From an uncultured Lachnospiraceae bacterium (GTDB taxonomy: Bacteria; Bacillota; Clostridia; TANB77; CAG-508), in NCBI GenBank assembly GCA_964497325.1, contig CAZCCM010000001.1, positions 10,103 to 74,102 on the forward strand: 64,000 nt of DNA. Direction: 5' to 3'. The translations under genes and the position numbers were made by a program. Under the pieces are notes generated by a model. That model was not told the DNA's origin. It made no database searches and saw only the letters and a program-made list of their open reading frames with translations. Shown piece by piece: positions 9,937 through 19,696 of the stretch. The number at the start of each line of letters is the position of its first letter. The stretch's first letter is position 1.

Positions 9937-12870
9937 TTAATTATCCGGTTTTATTGAATTGTCTTCTTTAGAATTGATATTTTCATTATTATTTTCTCCA
10001 GTATTGATATTTACTGGATTAATTTCTCCTGAGCTAATATTTTCATTATTATTTTCTCCAGTATTGATATTTCCTTGATTAATTTCTCCTGAACTAATAT
10101 TTTCATTGTTATTTCCTTCAATATTAAAATTTTCACTTGATATTCCAGGATTGTCTATATCCGGATTGTTCATTAATTCTTCCAATTTATCTTTAAACCT
10201 TTTTACTTCTTTTTCTTTTTCTTTCAATTTACCATTTTCTAAAGAAATTCTTTCCTTTTCTAAACCCTTCAACCTTTTTTCTAAATCTTCTATAATATTT
10301 GTATTTTCAGATTTTTTTGCATCTTCAAGAGCTATTTTTACTATATTATAATTATCTTTTAAATTTGTATTTTCTTTTTCTATTTTTTCTAACTCATCCT
10401 CAGCTTTTCTTAATTTATCTTTTATTTTATTAAAGTTTTCTTGAATTTTAGGATTATCTACTTTGTAATCAGTTTCGCTAGAATTTTTTCCAAATTCAGG
10501 TTTATTAAGCTTGTACTCGCCATCATTAGTGTCTTTTCCAAATTCAGGATTTTTAATCTCATCCTCTAGCCCCTTAAATAAATCATCTAAGTCTTCCATG
10601 TTATGTTGTGATTCTGGAGCAGTTCTTTCACCTTGTTGTGAGACAGGATTATTTAATGTTTTTTCATTAATATCTCCATTTTCTTCACTGTATTCTTTTA
10701 ATGCCATGGCTACTTCTGAAGTTTTTAGAACATTTTGAACATTGTCATAGTCATATGTTAACTTCTTAATATCACTTTCTAAACCATTATATTGCTCCAT
10801 ATCTTCCATTTGTTTCTTTTCCATAATCATACTTCCAAAATTTCTACCTTCTAATGTATCAAAACTCTCTCCTAACATAGTTCCTTCTTTTGGAAGTTTT
10901 CCATTCATTAAACTTTCTTCTAAACGATATGCCATTACTGTTGCTTGAGCTTTTGTTAAACTCTTATCACTCATTACTTTTTCAAGATATTTTTTTCTTG
11001 CTTGTTCATATTCTTTTAATAATTTCCCCGAATTTGATTTATCTCCAACCATTCTGAACCAGCTTTGCATTTGATCTATTCCTTCTTGAGTTTCTAACTC
11101 TGGAACCTCTCCATTTATCATTTGATTTATTCCATATGAATTAATAGCTTCTTTTGCAGCATTTTTCGTATTTAATATATATCTATCTTTTTTATTCATT
11201 TTACCATATTTTTCATTTCTTTTACGTCTAGATTCTCGTCTTTTATCAAGCATTTCTCCTACATCTTTTGATGAATTTATTAATGCATAAGAAGTTAAAG
11301 CATCACCACTAGCAATTGACCATATTGCTCCACCTACAGTAGCTACATTCCTAATTAAATTTTTTGAATATAAATTATTTAATTTATTAAATACACTTTT
11401 TGGTTTACTTGTCTCTTTTAACTCAGGTATTTCATTTATTTTTTCATCTATTACTTTTGGATCAAGTTTAATGTTTTGCGTATTTTTAGTATCTTCTACA
11501 TTTGTATCAAAACTACCCACATTCTCTGCTGTATTTATATCTAAATCATTATTTGTTTCTATATTTTGAGATGTTGGTTCTTTAAGTTTAGGTGGTAATT
11601 TTGTGCTTTCTGTACTTCTTTCAAATAAACGAGGTTTTTCTTGTTTTTCAGCACTTCTTTTTAATCTTTCAGATGTCTTATCTAACATTCTATTAACCAT
11701 TGTTGCTTTTGCTAACTGTCCACCTGCTGGTAATTTTTCACCATCTGTTATATTAAATATTTGTCTAATTATTTTTTCACCTTCACCAATGAATCCTAAA
11801 CTCATAATAGCTATAATTGTACCAGGAATTGTAGAAGTGAATGTACCAAAAATGAAGTCTCCTCCTTCACCAACATCTACTGATATTTTAAAAGCAAGTG
11901 TAAAAAATACCGAAAAAATTAAAGCATGAAAGGTTTGTATAAAAACATTAAATATAAAGACATGCATCCAGGTATTTAATGCTTGCGATTTGTTATCTGC
12001 AATTTTATCTATTGAGTAAGTTATTGTAATTAAAGGTGAAATCATAATTAAAAATGCAATTTTAATCATTCTTTTTATATATATAAAAGTATATTTAAAT
12101 GTTTGTATTGTAATAGTTGCTAATATTATAGCAGATGAAAGTTGTCTAATAATATTTAAAGGTGTTAAAATATAACCCATCAGTTTTAAAATAGTAGCAG
12201 CAAAATCCATTCCATCTAAATTTGCCATAGATGCTTTTTCAATAATTCTAACTAAAATATTATTTCCAGTTATAGATGCTACAATTATTATACCTAATAA
12301 AGCAAGCAAAGCTAATGAAATCAACCAATTTACAAACATTTTATAATATTTAGCTCTTGATTGACCTGTGCTTGCTATTACTGCTCTAATAGAAATGTAT
12401 ATTAAAACGCCTAATAAAATTACTACAGAAATTCCTGATAAAGTTACAAACCATTTAGCAATTGCTGTTCTTAATGATAAGATATCTGATCCTCCTGTTG
12501 AAAAATCAAAAAAATCTATACTTAATATAGGTATTCTATTATAAAAAATATCTGCTGGTGTAACTATAAAACTTGTATTTCCAAGCAACTTAAATAATAA
12601 AGATAATATTAAGTAAGGAACAACAACAAATAATAGCCCTCCTATTGCTACAGGAATCCATAAGAATATTCCTAACAATCCATTTAACATTCCCATTATG
12701 ATGTCACCAGCTGTCTTTTGTACTCCTGAATTGTTTTCTAATTCAACCTCTGAATCTGATGCAAAACTACTATTATATGTCCCTACTAATGTTAAAATAA
12801 ACAAAAACATTATTATTATTTTTAATATTTTTTTTAAATTATATTTAAATAAATTTTTCTTTTTACTCAT
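9937..12870 (-). CDS. VirB6/TrbL-like polytopic T4SS membrane protein, paralog 1, with a long hydrophilic C-terminal tail
   Basis: 977 aa with a signal/TM, more than 8 TM helices, and the conserved motif 'ISPLITITYSIDKIADNKSQALNTWMHVFIFNVFIQTFHALIF' shared with the three neighbouring paralogs. The C-terminal ~550 aa is a charged coiled-coil ending in 20-aa repeats. Confidence 0.55.
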   Translation of the reverse strand: MSKKKNLFKYNLKKILKIIIMFLFILTLVGTYNSSFASDSEVELENNSGVQKTAGDIIMGMLNGLLGIFLWIPVAIGGLLFVVVPYLILSLLFKLLGNTSFIVTPADIFYNRIPILSIDFFDFSTGGSDILSLRTAIAKWFVTLSGISVVILLGVLIYISIRAVIASTGQSRAKYYKMFVNWLISLALLALLGIIIVASITGNNILVRIIEKASMANLDGMDFAATILKLMGYILTPLNIIRQLSSAIILATITIQTFKYTFIYIKRMIKIAFLIMISPLITITYSIDKIADNKSQALNTWMHVFIFNVFIQTFHALIFSVFFTLAFKISVDVGEGGDFIFGTFTSTIPGTIIAIMSLGFIGEGEKIIRQIFNITDGEKLPAGGQLAKATMVNRMLDKTSERLKRSAEKQEKPRLFERSTESTKLPPKLKEPTSQNIETNNDLDINTAENVGSFDTNVEDTKNTQNIKLDPKVIDEKINEIPELKETSKPKSVFNKLNNLYSKNLIRNVATVGGAIWSIASGDALTSYALINSSKDVGEMLDKRRESRRKRNEKYGKMNKKDRYILNTKNAAKEAINSYGINQMINGEVPELETQEGIDQMQSWFRMVGDKSNSGKLLKEYEQARKKYLEKVMSDKSLTKAQATVMAYRLEESLMNGKLPKEGTMLGESFDTLEGRNFGSMIMEKKQMEDMEQYNGLESDIKKLTYDYDNVQNVLKTSEVAMALKEYSEENGDINEKTLNNPVSQQGERTAPESQHNMEDLDDLFKGLEDEIKNPEFGKDTNDGEYKLNKPEFGKNSSETDYKVDNPKIQENFNKIKDKLRKAEDELEKIEKENTNLKDNYNIVKIALEDAKKSENTNIIEDLEKRLKGLEKERISLENGKLKEKEKEVKRFKDKLEELMNNPDIDNPGISSENFNIEGNNNENISSGEINQGNINTGENNNENISSGEINPVNINTGENNNENINSKEDNSIKPDN
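9974..10150. repeat. In-frame 60-bp tandem repeat x~3 in the 3' end of the 9937-12870 gene
   Basis: The 60-nt unit ('tttcattattattttctccagtattgatattt...') occurs at 9981, 10041 and 10101. It encodes 'GENNNENISSGEINxxNINT' x2.5. Confidence 0.7.
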
Positions 12871-12968
12871 TTCTTACCTTTATCTCTATTATTCTTACTT
12901 TTATCTTCATTTTTTTGTAACTTATTATATCTTATATCTTTTTTTATTAAGATTAAACTATAAATACA

Positions 12969-15182
12969 TTATAATTTTCTAGATCTTTTAACTACTTCTT
13001 TATATCTTATCTTTTCCCCAGCAACAGTAGTATTCTTTTCAAAATCGTCTATTTTATCTTTAGTAATTAAATCTAAATATTTATGCATTAAAGTCCTATC
13101 TATATCTGATAAAACATCATAATCAAAATCTCTTTTATTTAAAATATCATTTTGTAATTTTGCTACATGTTCCTTAGCTTCAAACTCAGACTTTCCGGTT
13201 TTTGTTTGAAATTCTGCAATAGCTTCCTTTTTTGTGTTTTTATAAGATGCTTCAAGTTTTTCTCTTGAAGTAGATCCAATGGTACTGGCATATTCTTCAA
13301 GAAAATCTGTTTTAAATTCTTGTTGAAAAGCTACATTTTGATTATCTAATTCTTCTGCAGAAGTCTTTTCTTCTTTTTCTGAAGAATTACTACTTACTTC
13401 TTCTCCTAATTTATCTTTTCTTGTTCTAATAGCTTTAAATTGCTCAGCTTCATTATTTAAGTTTTTTTCATATACAGATTTTGAATATGGAGTACATCCT
13501 TTTTTATGTTTCATTTTATTTCTTTTAGTTTCTACATTCTTTATGGCCCAATCAGCTCCTTTATATCCCATAGTTCCAGCTTCTACCATTCCAACTTGTG
13601 GTGTAGCATGTGAAGCAGTCGCAGTAATCCCTGCAACAGTTGTCTTTAATGCTGTTTTACCTATTTTTTTACCCATTCTCTTAAATGTTTGCTTATTTAA
13701 GTTTTTAGCTTTAGTAATTGTATACTCTTTCATTGATGTTCCTAACCCCTTAAGTGGTCTTTTGTCATAGATTTTTTCAAGATTTTCTCTTCTTTTTGCT
13801 TGCTTCTTTTCTTTTTCCAATATGTCTTTTTCTGTAAGTTTTTTCTTACCTTCTTTTTGTTTATCTTCCTCTTTTTTATCTTTTTCTTTATCCTTAATTT
13901 TATCTTTAAGATCTTCTTTTGAACTATCTAATATTTTATTGTCTTTTTTATTTATATTTTCTGATGTTTGTGTTTTTAAAGGAATCTTCTTTTTACTCTC
14001 AGCTTTATCTATTGTTTTTAAAATTGGTGCTTTTTTAACAAAATTACTTCCAACTTTTTTAAACTTATTTGCTTGGCTAAGCATTCCTAATAATAAAGCC
14101 GTATTTCCTTGAACTTTATCTGCGGATATTCCAAATAATGAACCAATTATTGTTTCAGAATCCCATAAAAATTTAAGTCCAGAAACCAATAATATCATTG
14201 CAGGAATAGCAGCTGTTCCCTTTGAACCTGCTGCTTCTACTATAATAGATATAAAAGATACATATGTTAAAGCATGAATTACTTGTATTAAAACTGTATA
14301 AACAAACATTTTTGACCAAGCAAGTAAACTTTTTGCACTACCAGATCTTCTATTAACAGCATAGGTAACTGCAACTAAAGGAGAAATTACTATTAAAAAT
14401 GAAACCTTTAGAAGCCTTTTAAAATAGTATAGAAAGAAAACTAAGCCCATGGCTGAAATTATTATATACAAAATTAAAGATTGAGTTCCAATAAGAACAT
14501 TAGTATTAAAAATACCTTTCCATAATTCCATTGTTAATGAATCATCCCATGCACCTGCAACCGCTTCTTTATAAAAAGCTGAAACAATAGTATTATTTAA
14601 TAAAATAATAGCTATTATAAAAATCCCCATTCCAAAAAGAACTAATAATCCTAAAAGATAATCCTTTATCATCTTTTTTGTTTCCGCTTCCTTCTTAGGG
14701 TCTTGTTTTAAAGTTCTTAAAACTGAATTTATTGCAATATATATAAGCACTAATATTTCTACGACTATTGCTACTCCAAATAAAATGACAAACCATTTGG
14801 CAACATTTTCATATAATGCATTTGCTGTAGCATCAACTTTTGATCCAGTAAAAACATTTAGACTTGTTAACTCATATTGATTAAAAATAAATGTTTCAAT
14901 AGTTATAGCTGCAGCCTGTCCTCCAATTAAAAGTCCTATTATAAATGAAATTGTTATAAGAACAAGTGCTATAATAGCCCTAAGCAACATTAGAATAATA
15001 GATATAAATCCTGGTAATTCAACTTTATCATCATCAGATGCAAAAACGCTAGAAGAATAACCTATAACAAGAATACTTATTGCTAGCATTATAAACATAA
15101 TTTTCAAAATTGTTTTTTGTCTTTTCTTTATAATTTTATTTCCTCCTAACTCTTTTATGTTATTATTTTTCTTTTTCTCCAA
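12969..15182 (-). CDS. VirB6/TrbL-like polytopic T4SS membrane protein, paralog 2, with a K/E-rich C-terminal tail
   Basis: 737 aa with the shared motifs 'VAKWFVILFGVAIVV' and 'ISPLVAVTYAVNRRSGSAKSLLAWSKMFVYTVLIQVIHALTY'. The annotated start is a TTG overlapping the upstream gene by 20 nt, so the true start is uncertain (the first in-frame ATG lies inside the signal-peptide region). Confidence 0.55.
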   Translation of the reverse strand: MEKKKNNNIKELGGNKIIKKRQKTILKIMFIMLAISILVIGYSSSVFASDDDKVELPGFISIILMLLRAIIALVLITISFIIGLLIGGQAAAITIETFIFNQYELTSLNVFTGSKVDATANALYENVAKWFVILFGVAIVVEILVLIYIAINSVLRTLKQDPKKEAETKKMIKDYLLGLLVLFGMGIFIIAIILLNNTIVSAFYKEAVAGAWDDSLTMELWKGIFNTNVLIGTQSLILYIIISAMGLVFFLYYFKRLLKVSFLIVISPLVAVTYAVNRRSGSAKSLLAWSKMFVYTVLIQVIHALTYVSFISIIVEAAGSKGTAAIPAMILLVSGLKFLWDSETIIGSLFGISADKVQGNTALLLGMLSQANKFKKVGSNFVKKAPILKTIDKAESKKKIPLKTQTSENINKKDNKILDSSKEDLKDKIKDKEKDKKEEDKQKEGKKKLTEKDILEKEKKQAKRRENLEKIYDKRPLKGLGTSMKEYTITKAKNLNKQTFKRMGKKIGKTALKTTVAGITATASHATPQVGMVEAGTMGYKGADWAIKNVETKRNKMKHKKGCTPYSKSVYEKNLNNEAEQFKAIRTRKDKLGEEVSSNSSEKEEKTSAEELDNQNVAFQQEFKTDFLEEYASTIGSTSREKLEASYKNTKKEAIAEFQTKTGKSEFEAKEHVAKLQNDILNKRDFDYDVLSDIDRTLMHKYLDLITKDKIDDFEKNTTVAGEKIRYKEVVKRSRKL

Positions 15183-18100
15183 GATTCTTTACTTGCGGAT
15201 TTTCTTCTAATTGCTTCTTTTCTGCTTTTGCTCTATTATCTGTTTTCTTATTTTTAGACTGTGATTTATTATTATTTTTGTTTTCTTTTTGTGATTTATT
15301 ATTATTTTTGTTTTCTTTTTGTGATTTATTATTTGTTTGTTTGTTTTCTTTTTCCGATTTATTATTTGTTTGTTTATTTTCTTTTTTCGATTTATTATTT
15401 GTTTGTTTATTTTCTTTTTCTGTTTTATTATTAATTTGTTTATTTTCTGTCTTAGCTCTGTCGTTTGTTTTCTTGTTTTTAGGCTGTGAGCTTTTGTTTC
15501 TTTTGTTTTCTGTGTTTTTTTGAAAATTTTTAATTGTTTTTTTATTTTCTTTATTTATTTTTATTTCTACTTTATCATTTACTACATTAGCTTGAACAAA
15601 ATGTGGTTTACCTTTTTTTCGTTGAAAAGCTTTACTATTAAACTGGAAGTTTCCTAATAATCCATAATAAAGACTTTTTGGTATTGAAGAATCCACCAAA
15701 GCTATTGGGAAAAACAATATTCCTGCAGTAGCTTTTAAGCCTGTTTTTCCTAATTTTTTAAAATCTTCAATTGTTTTTTTATATTCTTCTTTTCCCTTTT
15801 CTCCTTTACCCATTTTGAATTCTTTAATTACAGATTTTTTAAATTTATCATAGTTACCTTCTGTTAGTTTAATCTTTTTCTCATCAAAATCAAAATAATA
15901 TTCTCTGCCTTCTATTCTACGTCTACCCTTATCATCAACAGTCCCCATATTCTTTACAACTCTTTTAAATCTATTTGAAGTATATTGTGCTTTTCTAACC
16001 CCTTTAACTATTTTATTAGTTTTAATCATTTTTGATCTTTCTAATAATCTAATTCTATCTTTTTCTTCTTCTGTTAAAGGAAGATTTCCAGAAGGATCCA
16101 TTCTATCTTTAATTTCCTCATCTGAATAGCCTTTTAGTTTTAAGACTTCTTCTATTTGTTTATTTCTTTTCTTTTGTCTATTAATCTCCCCCATGGTTTC
16201 TGCAGGAAGTCCTGCCTCAACACGTTTTTTTCTTATTTTTTCTTCCATGCTTTCTTTTAAATTATATGCTCCTCTAAATGCTGTTGCACCAACTGTCCCT
16301 GCTACTGCTTTGATTGGTTTTATTACTGCAGATGAAACCTTTTTTATTGCTCCTCCTTCTAGATTCTTTTTATTAAATAACGAACCCACTGCTAAACCTG
16401 TAGCATAATCTTTTAATGTTGATTTTTCTAAAACATTATCTAGAGTACTATGTCTCTTAGCTCCTCTAACATTAAATATCTGTCTTATTATTTTATCTGC
16501 TTCTAATATAAACTTTAATAAAATAAACATTATAATAAATCCTACTATACTTTTAGATGCTAATGCATATGTTATTGGAATAAAAATTAAATAAACAAAA
16601 GCATGAATAGATTGTATTAAAATATTAAATGTATATTCTTTAATCCACTCTATTCTAACATTAGATTTGCCTTTTAAAGTTTTTATAATTAAATCATATA
16701 TCATTAAAAGTGGGCCTAATAGAGAAAGGAAAAACACTACTAAAAATCTTTTTATGTACATAAGAACAAACTTCAACGTATACCAAATTAAAACAATATA
16801 CATTATTGTAGCTGGTATACCAACCGTTAATTTCAAATTATAAGCTCTTGTTCTTAAAGTTTCCAATATAGTATAATTTCTACCCATATCTGTTTCAATC
16901 AATGATCCTCCCACTGATTCAGCAGCTGTATCTGCAAATTTTGATAATAAATCTATAATAGTTGTATTTGCTTGTAAAATAACTATCATATATATCAATA
17001 TAAGTAGCATTTCTACAAAAGCTTTTGCCCAACTTATTGCTCTTTCTTTATATGTAGCTTTTTTCATACCAACAGATTCAATCACTGCCATAATAGCATT
17101 AATTATTAATGCCATTAACAATAATAATAATCCTAAACCGTATAGTGTTATAAAAATTGAAGCAAAATAATCTTTTATAATTAACAAAGGTCCATCTTCT
17201 AATTCAATTTCTTCTTCATAATCCTCACCATATAGTTCTTCCATCTCTAATCCTGTTGGACTATATTTTAAAAGTCTTTTTCTTACAGAATCCTTACTTT
17301 CAAAAAAGTTTACGTTTAAAGCTTCTACCCTATTAAATATTATGTTTTCTATGTTTACAGTTCTTTTTGAATCAGTATAAAATGCAGCATTATTTTTTCT
17401 ATAACTTCCTGAACCCACATTTTTTACTGTCAATGAATCAAAAGCTTCTGATAATAAAACTTCAGCTAATATTCCAAAACCTAAAACTCCTAATTTAAAT
17501 ACGGAAGCAGCTAATCCTAATAAATAATCAGTAATTTCAAACAAAAATTTAACAATCCACTTAAAAAAATTAGTTTTACCTTTCGCAGAATGTCCTGCTG
17601 AAACTCCTTTATAAAAAAAATCTCCTGATGATGACATTTTTTTAAAATCTGATAAAAGCATATTACTTTTTGTAGATGAGCTGGAACTAGCTAATCCTGT
17701 TGATATTCCTGGAGTAGTAACATCAACATAATCTAAAGGATTAACAGCTTTTCCATTATTTTGAATTTCAAAATGAAGATGTGGACCAGTTGAAAGTGTT
17801 CCCGTTCCACCTACATAGCCTACTATTTGTCCAATTTCAACTTTGTCTCCTACTTTTAAGTCTGACGGTCTCATCATATGTACAACCAACCAACTATATC
17901 CATCTTCTCTTTGAACTTTAAGCATATTTCCACTTTCTATACTCGCTGCTGAATAGACAACTGTCCCTGAAGAAGCAGCTAAAATAGGTGTTCCTTCTGA
18001 AGCACCTAAATCAACTCCTGTATGAAAATCAGAATAAGGACTTCCATTAAGGATAAAAGATCTAGGTCCAAATCCTGAAGTTATTGGTTTAGGCACTTCC

Positions 18101-18357
18101 AAAGGATTTGCCCAAGCAGTACTACTTGCTTTGCTCGAACTGTTTTTGTCTTTACTGTTTTCTTTATCTTTATTATTTTCTTTCTCTTTATTATCTGATT
18201 CTTCTGTTTCTTCTTCATTATTAAAAACATTTTCATTAAAATATTCACTAAAAGCTAAAGATTCTATAGGATACATAAGTAATATAATTACTAATAAAAC
18301 AAATGCTATTAGCTTAATTCCGATTTCTATTAAATTTTGCTTAACTTTTATCTTCAT
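15163..18357 (-). CDS. Fusion protein: N-terminal secreted M23 (LytM-type) metallopeptidase domain, then a VirB6-like polytopic membrane domain and a repetitive K/N-rich C-terminal tail
   Basis: 1064 aa. The M23 signature is 'FHTGVDLGASEGTPILAASSGTVVY...GPHLHFEIQ'. Downstream motifs 'ALNVNFFESKDS' and 'GPLLMIYDLIIKTLKGKSNVRIEWIKEYTFNILIQSIHAFVY' are shared with the VirB6-like paralogs. Confidence 0.65.
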   Translation of the reverse strand: MKIKVKQNLIEIGIKLIAFVLLVIILLMYPIESLAFSEYFNENVFNNEEETEESDNKEKENNKDKENSKDKNSSSKASSTAWANPLEVPKPITSGFGPRSFILNGSPYSDFHTGVDLGASEGTPILAASSGTVVYSAASIESGNMLKVQREDGYSWLVVHMMRPSDLKVGDKVEIGQIVGYVGGTGTLSTGPHLHFEIQNNGKAVNPLDYVDVTTPGISTGLASSSSSTKSNMLLSDFKKMSSSGDFFYKGVSAGHSAKGKTNFFKWIVKFLFEITDYLLGLAASVFKLGVLGFGILAEVLLSEAFDSLTVKNVGSGSYRKNNAAFYTDSKRTVNIENIIFNRVEALNVNFFESKDSVRKRLLKYSPTGLEMEELYGEDYEEEIELEDGPLLIIKDYFASIFITLYGLGLLLLLMALIINAIMAVIESVGMKKATYKERAISWAKAFVEMLLILIYMIVILQANTTIIDLLSKFADTAAESVGGSLIETDMGRNYTILETLRTRAYNLKLTVGIPATIMYIVLIWYTLKFVLMYIKRFLVVFFLSLLGPLLMIYDLIIKTLKGKSNVRIEWIKEYTFNILIQSIHAFVYLIFIPITYALASKSIVGFIIMFILLKFILEADKIIRQIFNVRGAKRHSTLDNVLEKSTLKDYATGLAVGSLFNKKNLEGGAIKKVSSAVIKPIKAVAGTVGATAFRGAYNLKESMEEKIRKKRVEAGLPAETMGEINRQKKRNKQIEEVLKLKGYSDEEIKDRMDPSGNLPLTEEEKDRIRLLERSKMIKTNKIVKGVRKAQYTSNRFKRVVKNMGTVDDKGRRRIEGREYYFDFDEKKIKLTEGNYDKFKKSVIKEFKMGKGEKGKEEYKKTIEDFKKLGKTGLKATAGILFFPIALVDSSIPKSLYYGLLGNFQFNSKAFQRKKGKPHFVQANVVNDKVEIKINKENKKTIKNFQKNTENKRNKSSQPKNKKTNDRAKTENKQINNKTEKENKQTNNKSKKENKQTNNKSEKENKQTNNKSQKENKNNNKSQKENKNNNKSQSKNKKTDNRAKAEKKQLEENPQVKNLGEKEK
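15230..15470. repeat. In-frame degenerate 30-36 bp tandem repeats x~7 in the 3' tail of the M23/VirB6-like gene
   Basis: Units 'gtgatttattattatttttgttttcttttt' at 15261-15290 and 15291-15320 are identical, and degenerate copies follow to about 15430. They encode 'KENKQTNNKS(x)' repeats. Confidence 0.75.
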
Positions 18358-18397
18358 ATTTAAAATTTTTTCTTTATATAATATAAAGTCTTCCTTT

Positions 18398-19696
18398 TTA
18401 TATTACTTTAATTTTTACATCATCAAAATATAAAAAACCATCTTTTATATATTTTAATTCTAAGTTGCCTTCTCCTATATATACATCTACAACAGAACCT
18501 GTATTAATATTAATTTTAAAGATTCCTTCATCAGCTATAGAATAAAATACATATTCTTTAGTTAATAAAAGATTATCTGCAACTTTTGCTGTATTTATAT
18601 TAAAATTTTTATTTCCTATCTTAGAAACAATAGAAACATCACTAAAAGTATAATTTGTAGAATTTAAATTAAAATATACAGTATATTTGTCCATTTTTTC
18701 TAACACTTTATATTCTTTTTCTTCTTCTCTCGCTTTCTTTAAATAGCTTTCCTCAACATTAATATTTTTATAGATATCATTATCACTATATATTTTTTCA
18801 GGCCATGAAAAATTTAATTTTAATTGTTCTTCTGCAATTCTTTCAATTTCTTCTTTCATAACTAAATTAGTATTCTTATAATTTACATTTTTAAACTTTT
18901 TTAAATTATCTACAGAAAATTCCTTGTTTTCATTATAATAATTTGAATAAAGATAAATACCATTTTCATTGTCATATTCTTTAAAATATAACCTTATTCC
19001 TAAATCTGCATAAATTAACTCTAATCCATCGCTATCATAAGAATATTTTGTATAAGATGGGTATACCATTGTAGTATTAGAAATAAATTTTTTTAAATCA
19101 CCAGATTGCAAATATATTTTATAATATTGCCAAAAAACCTCTAAATCTTCATTATTTCTTAAATATGCAGAAGCTTGATGGTTTTTAGTATCAAAAATTA
19201 TATAATAATCTTTAGTTTTATAAGCTAATAAATTATTTTCATTATAATTAGGACTACCTAAATTCATTATAATACTGTCACTATCAGTTTGAACATTTAT
19301 GCCTTTTATTATGTTAGACTTATATTCATCAAAAAATACCACATTTATTATTCTATCAAAAGATTTTTTTATTTTTATTTGTCTTTGTGGAAAAACATAA
19401 AAGCCATCATAAATATAATATTCTCCAAAACTTTTTAATTCCATTTTAGGATTTTTTATAATATTTAATAATTCTACAGAAGCAACTGATAAATTTATTT
19501 CCCTCTCATTTATAGTTACATATGACTCAATTTTTGTATCAGTACTTTCTGTTTTTCCTTGATCTCCCCAAGGGATATTTGTATCTTCTTGAATTTTTGG
19601 CTTTGCAGAAAATAATGAAAAGAGTACATATATAATAAATACCCCTGCAATTACAATAAAAAATATAAACTTCTTTTTATTTTTTAAATCAAACAT
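18398..19696 (-). CDS. Hypothetical secreted/membrane-anchored protein in the T4SS-like array
   Basis: 432 aa with an N-terminal hydrophobic segment (FIFFIVIAGVFIIYVLFSLFSA). Its start overlaps the upstream stop (TAATG). Confidence 0.4.
   Translation of the reverse strand: MFDLKNKKKFIFFIVIAGVFIIYVLFSLFSAKPKIQEDTNIPWGDQGKTESTDTKIESYVTINEREINLSVASVELLNIIKNPKMELKSFGEYYIYDGFYVFPQRQIKIKKSFDRIINVVFFDEYKSNIIKGINVQTDSDSIIMNLGSPNYNENNLLAYKTKDYYIIFDTKNHQASAYLRNNEDLEVFWQYYKIYLQSGDLKKFISNTTMVYPSYTKYSYDSDGLELIYADLGIRLYFKEYDNENGIYLYSNYYNENKEFSVDNLKKFKNVNYKNTNLVMKEEIERIAEEQLKLNFSWPEKIYSDNDIYKNINVEESYLKKAREEEKEYKVLEKMDKYTVYFNLNSTNYTFSDVSIVSKIGNKNFNINTAKVADNLLLTKEYVFYSIADEGIFKININTGSVVDVYIGEGNLELKYIKDGFLYFDDVKIKVI

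Noticed and set aside
15230-15470. Possible CRISPR array, suggested by regular short repeats
   Set aside because: The repeats are contiguous with no unique spacers, they are in-frame inside a long ORF, and they encode a peptide repeat. No cas genes are present.
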